Assembly (NCBI GenBank): GCA_016748015.1
Contig: JAAOMT010000134.1
Coordinates: 1,246,757 to 1,310,756 of the forward strand
Direction of reading: 5' to 3'
Length of the DNA stretch: 64,000 nt
From: Geosiphon pyriformis uo1
Lineage: Eukaryota; Fungi; Glomeromycota
Part shown: in pieces, positions 50,621 through 62,910 of the stretch
Numbering within the stretch: the first letter of the stretch is position 1
Layout of the letters: each line of letters opens with the position of its first letter
Position numbers and translations under genes: made by a program
The notes under the pieces: generated by a model
The model's input: only the letters and a program-made list of their open reading frames with translations
What the model was told of the DNA's origin: nothing
Databases searched by the model: none

Positions 50621-53600
50621 ATACCATTATCACCAAAAAAACTCACCCAATCTATTTGAAACCTTATCAATCCAATCAACACAATGATGAATTCATCAAG
50701 AAAGAGATAACCTGAATGAAAAATCTTGAATTCATATAAGAAACCAAGAGTAAATAGGCTTTTTTAGTTGTAGTAATATCCAAGAAAGAGAAAACCCTAT
50801 GTTTCTGTGTTAACTACCACCAATTAAATACTATCACTATAAAAGACATGTATCCACACCCCAAAATTGATACAATGTTAGGCAAATTCAATGGTGCTGC
50901 TTTCTTCTCAACTATTGACTTAACTACTGAATTCTGGCAAGTAGAGATGGATCCAGAAAATAGAAAGAAAACTGCAAAGAACATGCTATAGCATATGCCA
51001 GTAGAATCCTTATACCAACAGAAAAGAACTATTCAGTTACTAAACAAAAATGCTTAGCAGTAGTTTGGACTACTAGTTACTGGAACCAATATCTTTTTGG
51101 TGTAAAATTCCTAGTAGTAACTGATTATTAAGCCTTGGTTTGGCTGTATAACAAAAAAAATTTAGAACATAAATAGATAACTCACTAGATACTTCACTTG
51201 GATGAATTTAACTATAATATTTAACACCACAAAGGAGCAAATCATCAAAATGCTAACACTTTCTTTAGACTTGCCATCCAATGATAGTACAACCTTTCAA
51301 CCAAACCAACTTAATTATTAATAATATTCTCATAAACAAACATAATAATGAACAAAACTGGAAAAAACTCTCTCTCTCCTAAATTTTATGACCACAAATA
51401 AAGCTAAGAGTAAAAAAGTTGCAAACGTTACTTTTCCTATAGTAACTAATAAAGTTTCAACATGAGAGGGTCTTTCTGTTATTGAAGCAGCTAGACAAAA
51501 CGTTCTGGCAATATTTCCTTTAAAAAATAATAGTAATAAGCTGCCTTTAGCGGCTTCTGGTTCATTTTCTTCTCCTTTGGCTGGAAGTTTTTTTCCAGTC
51601 AAAGTCCCTTCAAAAAGACACACTCAGGTTAGTTCTAGTGTTGTCTCTACCACTTCAAAGAGCCCAAAAATTTTTAATAACAGACCAGTTAACAAGTTGG
51701 TCTTTCCTGCTTTTACCACTCCCATTACTACTTCTACTACTACTGCTTTACAAATGGCTGCAAAAGCGAAAAATCCCAAAAAACAGCAGCAGGCAGTTGC
51801 AACTGTTATGGTCACACCAAACCCCTTTGTGGTTCCAGATGAGATCTTCAGTAAGATCTTCACAGCAGCAGCCAGCTCTATTCTTGATATGGATGGCAAC
51901 AGCAGCGGCACATCTCCCAAGATGGGCCAAGATCAACCACTGGCTGTGTTGCCTAATGTGGTACTCTCTGGCAGATCATTGCCAATTCCAGTAGCAAAAC
52001 AGTCCATCAATTCAGATGATCTCAAAGATTGGGCTGATCAGATGGAAATGGAATCAACTGTTCCCCCCCCAGTTTCTGGTGTATCTGATGCTGGTGCTTG
52101 GGTAAATGTGAATGGACGTCAAAGGTTTTCTGGTTGGGTGGCCTCCAATTTTGTACCTGGTGCTACATATAAGATTAAGATGGCTTTGCTCAGTTCTTTG
52201 TTTCAGTTGCTGTCTGGTTTTATTGGGCTTAAATCTGTTTTACGAGATGCTGTCAAGTTGTTTTGTGTGGAATTTGTATCTCAGGAGTGTCTAAATGGTA
52301 CTACCAAAGTGGCCATTAGTGATAAGGTTTTTTTGACCATTCTTAAGATTGTACAATCTTCAGGAGTGGCCTCTGTTTTTTTCCCTTCTTTGTCAGTTAC
52401 ACTGTGCAATGTACCCTTGGATGCCTCTTCTGATAACATCAAATCTGCTCTTGGCATTTTTGGTGTTGTCACTTCTGTTAAGTTGAGGCCTGCTGGCTTA
52501 TGACAATATGCTGTGGTTAACTTTAAAGACATTTTTTCTGCTGCTGCTGTTCTCTCTAACTGGTCTGTGTTGGTCAGAAAAGATAGTATTAGAATTCTTC
52601 CCATTGCCAACCAAAAGGAGGTTATCTCCTCAAGAGATGCTTTCAAAGCTAAGCTGGTTAATCTTCCATTTGGCTGCACTGCATTTGAGATAAGTGATTT
52701 GGTCTCCCAAGTTGGTGGCCATACATGTTTCATTCACTGCTTCCCTGATTTCTATCAACGTCAATGCTTTGCAGTGGTAACCTTTGGCTCTTTGGAATCT
52801 TTGGATGCTGCTGTTTCAAAAACTGGTACCTTATATGGCTGCCGCATCTGGTGGGAAACTCTTAGATGTCATCGCTGCTATAGATGTCAAAGTTTAGATC
52901 ATTTGGCTGTGAACTGCAAGGTGTTGCCACCTTTCCCTCCCAAACTCTCTTCTAATTCTGCTGGTGGTCCCATCATTTTCAAGTCATCCCTTGTTGGAGC
53001 TAAATCCTATGCCAAAGCCACCACTTCTGTGGTTCCTCCTGTTGCTGCTGCTGCTGATACAGGTCTGGCTTTCAGTACCTCCAAAATTGTGGTGCTGCTG
53101 TTGCCGATTGCCTCCTCTGGTTCAGATGTTACTGTTAATGCTAGGTTGGCTTCTCTGGAAACCCAACTTAGTGAACTGTCTTTGTTGATCAAATCTATAG
53201 TTGAGCCTGTAGGTTCTTTGGTTGCATTGGTTACTATGTTATTGTCTACTCCACCAGTTATGGCAGAGGCAATGAAGGAAAAGTGTGATTGAATTGAGAA
53301 ACCAAATTAAGACTGTTTGTGTTGTGGCTTCTGTGCTGCAAAAGGAAGTGGGGGCCCTCAAGTTAAGGAGTGGGAAGGTACACTATAACATATTTGATGA
53401 TTAAAACATAGATGATGATGATGATGATGATGATGATGGTGATGCTAAAGATTTTTTGGTCTATGATAATACATTTGATGCAATGATAGAGTTATGAGAT
53501 GTTCAATCCTCTAATATCAAGTCCAATCCAGATCAGACTGCTAAGTGAATGAACAGTCTTATTAAGAGTAGTCATGAACTTGTATGCATTATGAGTAAGA

Positions 53601-54608
53601 TGTATGAATTAGATATGTTTAATACATTAAGTAGCAAAAGTAGTACTAGTGTGTAGTTAGGGCTTTCTGCTTGTGGTTAGCCACATCTTGTAATATGTAT
53701 TATTGGGTGAGCTGGCTTTATAAAACTGCCATATTACTGTGGAATAACTAATAAACGACTAGCATGGCTATATGTTAACAAAAAAAAAAAAAAAACATAA
53801 TAATGAACTTGAACAACTACTCTGCCTTAATGAAATTTTTGGGTAAAGGACAATACTCATCAGAATACACTCAACAGCAAAGAAAACATTTGCACAAACA
53901 ATCAAATAGAAATTTGATTCATTAGAACCAATTATATAAAAGAAATAGAAAAAATTTTGATCACTTTCAGAAAGTCATTAGATTTAAAGAAAGAAAAATT
54001 GTGATCTACAACATGCATACTGATCCATTAGCTAGACATTTTGGAAAAACAAAAACAATCCAGAAAATTTTAGCTCATTATTATTAGCCTACCTTAGAAA
54101 AAAACATTGTCAAGTACTTGCCAAAAAAAAGACAAATCCAACTGGAAAGAAGATATTCATCCAATCTTTGTTGGCCAACTATTTAACTAAATTGGTATAG
54201 ATGTTGTTAAACCATTAACAATAACTTTTAATGACAATAGATATATTATCACAGCTATTGACTATCTTATAAAGTGGGTAGAAGCAAGAGCCATTCCAGA
54301 CCAAACAGCAGTCTCAATAGTCAACTTCATATATAAAGATATCATCTGTTATCATGACTGCTCCAAAGAACTTTTATTTAATAGAGAAAAAACTTTTCTC
54401 AGTACACTGGTTGAAGAACTTTGCAGAAAAATGAGAATATATTATAAACTTTCTTCTCCTTACTACTCTCAAACAAATAGCCTAGTAAAATGTTTCAATA
54501 GAACACTATGTAAAATTTTAACCAAAACCAGTAAAAAAACAAACTTATAAGACAAAGTACTGCCTTCAGCTTTGTTTGCTTATAGAACTGTGAATTATGA
54601 CATAACAA
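50621..54608 (+). mobile_element. Heavily decayed Gypsy internal fragment I (RT N-terminus, deletion near 50975, RNase H, integrase), split by copy J
   Basis: Nucleotide collinearity with the other copies; no long ORF remains. Confidence 0.85.
51354..53795 (+). mobile_element. ORF1-only non-LTR element, copy J, full length, TSD (AAA)CATAATAATGAAC
   Basis: TSD at 51338-51353 and 53793-53808. ATG at 51388, stop at 53656, poly(A) at 53780-53795. Confidence 0.94.
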
Positions 54609-55857
54609 CTGCTATCACACAATTTACTATGTCTTAAATCTGGAAAAATAAGTTTTTTGCAAAGAAATTTTTAATTATATTAAATTATTTTTATCACAAC
54701 AGACTTTAAAGTGTCTGATAACAACACCAACAGTGAAATACAAATGTAGAGACTACTGACTGTAAAAACCAAGTGGAAAAAAACAAAACATTCACTACAA
54801 AAAAAGAAGAAAATAACACAACTCTACAAAATCCAACAACAGTAAAAACTACTAGACCTACTACATCTCCATTCAGATTTGAAACTGTTAACAGACTATT
54901 TGGAAGTGTGAATACAAGTAGTGGAGACAACACACCTTTCAAAATAGCCAACACATCAAAAAGAACAGCTTTACATAGGCAAACAGCAGACTTTTCTCCA
55001 ATAACTGCCAACAGACTAGAGAAAAAGACTAATAAAAAATACAGACACATTGGAAGAATAAGTATAAAAGGTCTAACTGAGAAATTCAATCAAGTGATTA
55101 AAAAAGACTTGTTTAAAAACACAATTATTCAAACCAACAACTTTGTCTTACAACTAATGTTTAACAAATGTGAAAATAGCAACAAATTCCAAATAAAAGC
55201 TTGGACTAGTAAAAAGAAGGTCTCAAAGTCCCTGAAAAAATTAGATAAACCATCAAAAGCAACTAAAAGAGACAGTAAAAAAGCTGCACAAATAGAAACA
55301 GCTCTGAGAAAATGCAATCCTAATATTTTGAACAGGATCAACAGTGGAAATTCTTTGTTGGAAATTGAGAAACAAATGGACAATCTATTTGTTGCAAACA
55401 AAGATAAGACAGATCTAGATAATACTATAGAAGACATGAAGGACTCTGAATTAGGCCTATTTAGCAGAATAGAGAGTCCAAATCTAAGACAATATAGTAG
55501 TAAATCACTTGGCAAAAAGCCCATGTTTATGGAACCAAATCATGAAGAAGGATAGAAAACTGTGGTCTATAGAACCAAAAAACATGTGCTTTTTGTGCAG
55601 ACATTAAACATACCAGAAAAGATCATGGAAAAGAAAGTGGTGTGGATTTACAATCTTTTGGAGGATGTCAATTACTTCTTGGAGGCTGTAATAGTGAGAA
55701 ACCAAGAAATCCAAGTGGATTTCTCCCAAATGGCAAGAAAAGATCAGGCCAGAAAAATCCTGACAAGTAATAATATTACGGTTGAAACACATAGTTTTTA
55801 TTAATTATCACATGTATTAGCCACTGATGTCATATAATTAGCCCTATTTTTAGATAG

Positions 55858-55990
55858 TGATCATTGACCTGATCAATGACCTGACCGTTGACCTGATCAT
55901 TGATCTGATCATTGACCTGATCAATGACCTGATCATTGACCTGATCGTTGATCTGATCATTGACCTGATCGTTGACCTGGTTGTTGACCA
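55858..55990 (+). repeat. 12-bp tandem array (TGACCTGATCAT)n in LTR U3, just upstream of a TATA-like GCTATATAAG
   Basis: About 10 units here, with variable number in the other LTRs. Confidence 0.92.
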
Positions 55991-56561
55991 CTTTAGATAG
56001 CTATATAAGTGATGATTCCCTTAACTGTAGAAAGACATGATCAAAATAACGAAATAAAACAATATCAATTACTTCCTCTTATAATCGCTTATTCATCTTT
56101 CCTTATCTTCAAGTATCTACTTGTTAGCATTCACATACCTTATTTTTTCTCTTTCTTGATTTGTATTTGTTAGAATTAGCCTGAGAAGCAATTGGCTTGC
56201 TCTTGTAATTCATTGAATAAAGAAATGATTGAAAAGTACAATGATACCTGTTATTGATTCTAAGAATCGCTGAGTTGAGGCATAGAATAATAGCAGTAAT
56301 GTTATCTTGTTGACAATCACAGACTATTCCTCTACCTTCAGATTTAAGAAAAGATTAGTGACTGTGATTTTTATGAGACTGATCACGCACATTGAATTCC
56401 TACTTATTCAATTCGCTCCTTTATTGTAATTCCTTTTTTGTTTATTTCTATTACCATACAATACTGTTCTCTCTTGCTATCCATTAGCTTGTTACTCCAA
56501 CCCGTAACATAAAAGTGGTGCTCTCTGTGAGGTTGTCAAAATTCACTTATTCCCTCATTGT

Positions 56562-58115
56562 ATGGATGATTACTCATATCTGCCACAGCAATCAGAAGAA
56601 CACTTTGCAGCACACAACAGAAACGACCAAAGTTTCATTGAACTTAATCCTCTGCTCTCCTGCTTAATCTGCTTCTCCCTTGAAGAACAATCTAGTAGAC
56701 AATTCCAAGACTTTTGGAACTGGTTCCTGAACGAGCATTCAGCTGAAACCTACACAGCTTATACAACCTATTACTTTGACCAAGCTTATTTTGAAAACAA
56801 CTTTGAAGAAAGAAACAACAGTATCAATCAGCTCTTATATTCTGCAACCTTTGAACAACAGCCCCCTGATTTCGAATATCTGAATCATCAAATCCACATT
56901 TGGATTGCTGCCCATCAAGCAATTGAAACTCCCTTTGAAACAGAAGAAGAAAGCTACCAAACTGCCCCTGTTTTTGATCTTTTATCAAGCAAATTAGACT
57001 CGTCTACACAAACAGTTACCCCTGAACCAATGGCTAATGACTCCATGCAAGCAAACATTCTGGCTGCCCTCCAAAGTATACAAACTGCTCTAGGGTGAAG
57101 AAACAACACCCCAATACCATTATTTAGAGATGATGCACAAGATTCAATTGAATGGTTGGATGACTTTGAAAGAGCTGCTACAGCCAATCAATATGACAAT
57201 GAGTACAAGTTCCAAATTGTTGGTGGCTACCTTCAAGGATCCCCTGCTACCTGGTTCTCACAAGAAACAGATGCCAACGCCCAGCAAAGAATCATTAGAT
57301 GGACACCAGCAAATGTGGGAGAAATCAACACTTCTTTCACTACCCGGTTTGAAAACAAGTTCAGAACCCCAATATTAATATTAAAATGGCGTATGGAATT
57401 GGAAAGAAGAACCCAAGGTTCTGGTGAAGTTGTAACCAAATACGCCAAAGCAATCAGAAAGTTAATCAAACGAGTAGACACTAGAAGAAATTGGACAGAA
57501 GAGCAGAAAATTCACTCCTTCACAAAAGGATTGAGAACTGATCTATCGTATGCTCTTTGGCCCCTCCTGGCCCTGAAAGATAATCCCACCATGGATATGG
57601 CCATTGAATTAGCACAAAGAATTGAAGATAACCAAAGGATGCACTTGGGATCCACACTATCAGTTTTTGCTCCTGTTCCTGTTATGGCTCCTGCCTCTCA
57701 AATGGCTGCTACTTCTTTTGCCACTCACACTCAAGATCCAAATGAACAGTTAATAGACAGACTCACAGCAAATTTTGTCTGGTTATTAGAACCCTTAGCC
57801 CAAGCAGTCAGAGAAAATCAGCAATTACAAAGACCCAGATTTGAACCATGCTTCAATTAGCCTCAGCAACTACCTTATTAAAAACAACAAAATCATGGCC
57901 CACCTGTATGCTATCACTGTAGATTAACTGGACACTTTTCAAGAGATTGCAACAATCCTCCACTGCCTCCACCAGTCTCCAAAAACAATGATAGTCAGAA
58001 CAACAGGATCAACAACAACAATGTGCCCAACCAAAGACCCAATCACGCCAACATCAATTTCTTTGGAGAGGATCCCCTAGTTGAAGCCACTGTTTATCAG
58101 CCTTTAAACTGGTAG
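56562..58115 (+). pseudogene. gag: gag of copy K
   Basis: Fragments 56562-57098 and 57156-57860 share one frame; slippery heptamer at 58103-58109. Confidence 0.9.
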
Positions 58116-60521
58116 GCGCACCTCCAAAGGGTGAGAGTGCAAGCCAACCAGAAGAAAACCCTTTTTACACTTTTAACTTAACTGATAATAACCATAACAT
58201 GGATGAATTAGCAATCAACCCCTTTGAATCCACAAGAAAGAAGAAGAAAGCCAAAGTTGATTTTGTTCTAGACCCCAATAAAGCTTTTACATCAACTGTT
58301 GACAACAATGAGCCCCTAAAAGCCAAAGTTTTCAAGAACCCTCCAAAGTTGGAACCCCCAGAAATAGTACAAAAATCTGGTCCCTATTCTGTTGTCAAAG
58401 ACTTTATAGAAACCCCAGCACATATAATCTTTGGCCAATTGATGACCCATCCACAATTCAGAAAAAATCTTTGCAAATCCCTGATTCCAAAAAAAAAGAC
58501 ACCCAAAACTAACAAACGCCCTCACCAAGCTGGACTTGCTGACAATAGTAACGTCACTCCTCTAATTTGTAAAGCCCAAGTGGCTGGCTACTTCATCGAT
58601 TTGATCCTAGACAGTGAATCATTTGTTAGTGTTATTGCCAAACACTTTCTTGAAGCAATTGGCAGAAAAATTGATGAATCATCCACATGACCAATGACCA
58701 ATGTGCATGGTGATAAGAAAAAAGGGCTTGGCATAGCCAAAGCTATTCCTGTCCACATCAATGGCATCAGCATTGAAACTGATATGGAAGTGTCTGAAGC
58801 AAAAGAATACACCATCATTGTTGGCAATGAATGGCTCAAGAAAGCAAAGNNNNNNNNNNNNNNNNNNNNNNNNNNNNNNNNNNNNNNNNNNNNNNNNNNN
58901 NNNNNNNNNNNNNNNNNNNNNNNNNNNNNNNNNNNNNNNNNNNNNNNNNNNNNNNNNNNNNNNNNNNNNNNNNNNTCCTAGTGATGAATGCATGTCCTGC
59001 CTGATCTATTACAAAGATTGGGAACCAATCAGCTTGATACCCTGAGAGGAAATAAAAGAAGTCCAAAAGTCCTTTGAAAACGAACCACCTGAAATCCAAT
59101 CACTGGTTGTAGAACAAAGAGAACCCTCTCCAGAAGAAAGAAAAGTAGACATTGAAAACCTGCTGGCTAGAAACAGCCCAGTTATCTCAAAAGAAGGTGA
59201 ACCTCCTGGACGTACACATGTGATACAACACACCATCATCATCAGAGAAACCCGCTCCATCCATTTAAAGCCCTATCAATCCAACCGGCACAATGATGAG
59301 TTTATCAAAAAGGAAATAACCTGAATGAAAACCCTTGGATTCATACAGGAAACCAAGAGTGAATGGGCATTTCCAGTTGTAGTGGTATCTAAGAAAGAGG
59401 GAACCCTACACTTTTGTGTTGACTATTGCCAATTAAATGCTATTACTGAAAGAGACATGTACCCACTTCCCAAGATTGATGCAATGCTAGACCAATTCCA
59501 TGGTGCTGCTTTCTTCTCAACCATTGACTTAACTGCTGAATTCTGGCAAGTAGAGATGGATTCAGAAAGCAGAAAGAAAACTGCCTTCATCACCAAGTAT
59601 GGTATCTATGAATTCACAGTCATGCTTTTTGGTTTTACAAATGCTCCTCTCACCTTTCAATGCTTAATGGACAAAGTATTTGAATCAGTAAAAGAAAACT
59701 TTGTTCTAGTCTACTTAGACGACATAATAGTATACTCAAAAACCTGGGATGAACACCTTGAACATTTGCAAAAGGTTTTTGACCTCCTTAGAAATGCTGG
59801 TCTCAAGATTAATCCAATTAAATCATTCTTTAGACATCAATCCACCCAGTTCCTTGGCCATCTTATTACAAAAGATGGAATCTTTCCTGATCCAGCCAAA
59901 ATTGAAAAAGTTCAAAACATTAGACAACCAATAAATATTCATGAACTATGCTCTTTTCTTGGTTTGGCCTCTTATTATCACAAGTTTGTCAAGGATTTCT
60001 CTAAAATCACTGCTCCTCTCAATCAGCTACTAAGAAAAAACATCAATTATCACTGGGGCACTCATCAACAAAAAGCATTTGAAATTCTGAAGAAAAAACT
60101 GGTTACAGAACCCATCTTCATGCAACCTAATTTGGATCGACCTTTTATCCTCCATACTGATACATCTGGCTATGGACTTGGTGCTATTCTTTCCCAAAAA
60201 GAGGAAGATAACAGAGAACATGCTATAGTATATGCCAGTAAAACTCTCACACCAGCAGAAAAGAACTACTCAGTCACTGAGCAAGAATGCTTAGCAGTAG
60301 TTTGGGCTACCAACTACTGGGACAAATATCTTAAGGGTGTGAAATTTTTGGTGGTAACAGATCACCAAGCTTTGGTTTGGCTACACAACAAAAGAAACCT
60401 GGAACATAAACAGATAACTCGCTGGATACTCCACTTGGATGAATTCAACTATGACATTCAACACCGCAAAAGAGCTAACCATCAAAACGCTGATGCTCTC
60501 TTCAGACTTACCATCCAGTGA
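58109..60521 (+). pseudogene. pol: pol PR-RT-RNase H of copy K
   Basis: 398-aa RT/RNase H ORF at 59325-60521 with YLDD; protease at 58199-58850. Confidence 0.93.
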
Positions 60522-60586
60522 TAGTAAAACCCTCTCAAACCAAACCAACTTAATTATTTGTAACTCCCCCACAAACAAACACGATA

Positions 60587-62152
60587 ATGGACTTGGACAA
60601 CTACTCTGCTTTAATGAAATTTTTGGATAAAAGACAATACCCGCTGGACTATACTCGACAGCAAAGAGAACATTTGCGCAAACAATCAAATTTCTATTTG
60701 ATTTGCCAGAACCAGTTATATAAAAGAAATAGAAAAGATCCTGACCACCCCCAGAGAGTCATTAGATTTGATGAAAGAGAAATTGTGATCTACAATATGC
60801 ACACTGATCCATTAGCTGGACACTTTGGAAAAACAAAAACAATTCAGAAAACTTTAGCTTGCTATTATTGGCCTACCTTGGGAAAAGACATTGCTGAATA
60901 CATCAAAACCTGTGATACCTGCCAAAGAAGAGGAAAACCCAATTGCAAGGAAGATATCTATCCAATTTCTGTTGGTCAACCATTTGATAGAATTGGTATA
61001 GATGTTGTTGAACCTTTAACAATAACTCCTGATGGCAACAGATACATTATCACAGCTACCAACTATCTTACAAAGTGGGTAGAAGCAAGAGCCACCCCAG
61101 ATTAAACAGCAGTCTCAATTGCCAATTTCATTTATGAAGATATTATCTGTCGCTACAGCTGCCCCAAAGAACTTTTATCTGATAGAGGAAGAGCTTTTCT
61201 CAGTACACTGGTTGAAGAACTTTGCAAAAAAATGGGAATACGTCATAAACTCTCTTCTCCTTATCATCCCCAAACAAATGGCCTAGTGGAACGTTTCAAT
61301 AGAACACTATGTGAAACCCTAGCCAAAACCAGTAAAGAAACCAACCTATGGGACAAAGTATTGCCTTCAGCTTTGTTTGCTTACAGAACTGTGAATCATA
61401 ACATAACAAGTTATGAACCTTTTTATCTGTTCTATGAACGAATGGCAACTCTACCAATAGAAACGGATATAGAAACAATACCTTTTAAAGAAATAACAAT
61501 AGGAGATTACAAAGACATTTTGCAAAGAAGACTTGGTACTATTCTTGACTTATTGGTAGAAGCACGGATAATTGCCTTTGAAAATATAAAACAGTTCCAA
61601 GAGAAGCTCAAAAAGNNNNNNNNNNNNNNNNNNNNCAAAACCAGTAAAGAAACCAACCTATGGGACAAAGTATTGCCTTCAGCTTTGTTTGCTTACAGAA
61701 CTGTGAATCATAACATAACAAGTTATGAACCTTTTTATCTGTTCTATGAACGAATGGCAACTCTACCAATAGAAACGGATATAGAAACAATACCTTTTAA
61801 AGAAATAACAATAGGAGATTACAAAGACATTTTGCAAAGAAGACTTGGTACTATTCTTGACTTATTGGTAGAAGCACGGATAATTGCCTTTAAAAAGATA
61901 AAACAGTTCCAAGAGAAGCTCAAAAAGAAAAAGACCTATAAAACACTTTTCTTAAGTGTTGGTGACTTAGTTTTGGAATACCATTCAGACAGAGACAATG
62001 TCTATGGTAATAAATTCTTTAGCCAGTGGAAAGGACCCTTTATAGTCAACAAAGTTTTGAACAATGGTTTTTATATCTTACAAAATCAATATGGAACAAT
62101 ATTCAGTAATCACCCTGATCATGGCATGCGACTCAAAAAATATCACAAATGA
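60587..62152 (+). pseudogene. Integrase ORF of copy K
   Basis: Starts at its own ATG (MDLDNYSAL). HHCC, DDE and GPF motifs. One premature stop at 61105. Confidence 0.92.
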
Positions 62153-62910
62153 CCTGATTGGTTACCTGTTGTGGTAATACCAACCCAAATGATCAGCAAA
62201 AATCAGATATAAATAAATGCACCATTCCCAAAACAGAGATATCTTCAATCGACATGAACAATTATTTCCTGGATCAAAACATTCAAAACGTTTTCTATAC
62301 TCTCCATAAGTACTGGATCAAGAACTATCCAAATACTACTCTGATTATCGGAAAACAAACCACTATAATAGACAACAGTGGAACTCACACTGTTATTAGA
62401 CCAAAGAAAACAACTACCAGAAGAGAAAGAATTGGTGGCAAAATGGATAAATACCTACTGGAAAGCATAACAGCAGCGATACTTTCACCTTCCAGTACAA
62501 TTGAAAAAACAATACAAGAAATCTTGCCCATAGACAAAAACTTGTCATATAGAAGACAACTAGAACTTTATGGTCATCTTGGTGAAATCATAGAAGACAT
62601 GAAGCTCATGAAGAAAACAACTTCAGAGATACAAGTGGAAATTTTGGGCATTATATGATTGGATGTCCCAAGAGTTTTGACCATTGCTAGAAGAGCCAGA
62701 ACTCTAATACAAAGATTTGGTCTCTTGGATACAAAGCTTATTTCGTCTCAAGTACTATATACTCTATCCACAAAAGACTTTAACAAACTAGTTAGTTTTG
62801 AGTTAGACAAAACCCTTCACATAGACTATTTCATAAATAGTTTGATTTCGCCAGAGCTCAATCTCTTTGGAGAGGATAATGTTATGGTTGAAACACATAG
62901 TTTTTATTAA
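62149..62910 (+). pseudogene. Extra ORF of copy K
   Basis: Homologous to 25515-26267, with one CGA>TGA stop at 62656-62658. Confidence 0.8.

Noticed and set aside
60439-60630. Third-frame ORF bridging RNase H and integrase, suggesting a double +1 frameshift
   Set aside because: Spacer length varies from 64 to 66 nt between copies, so the frame relationship is not conserved.
61324-61927. Apparent tandem duplication of ~290 bp within the integrase of K
   Set aside because: The two near-identical copies flank a 20-N gap, which indicates unmerged contig overlap rather than biology.
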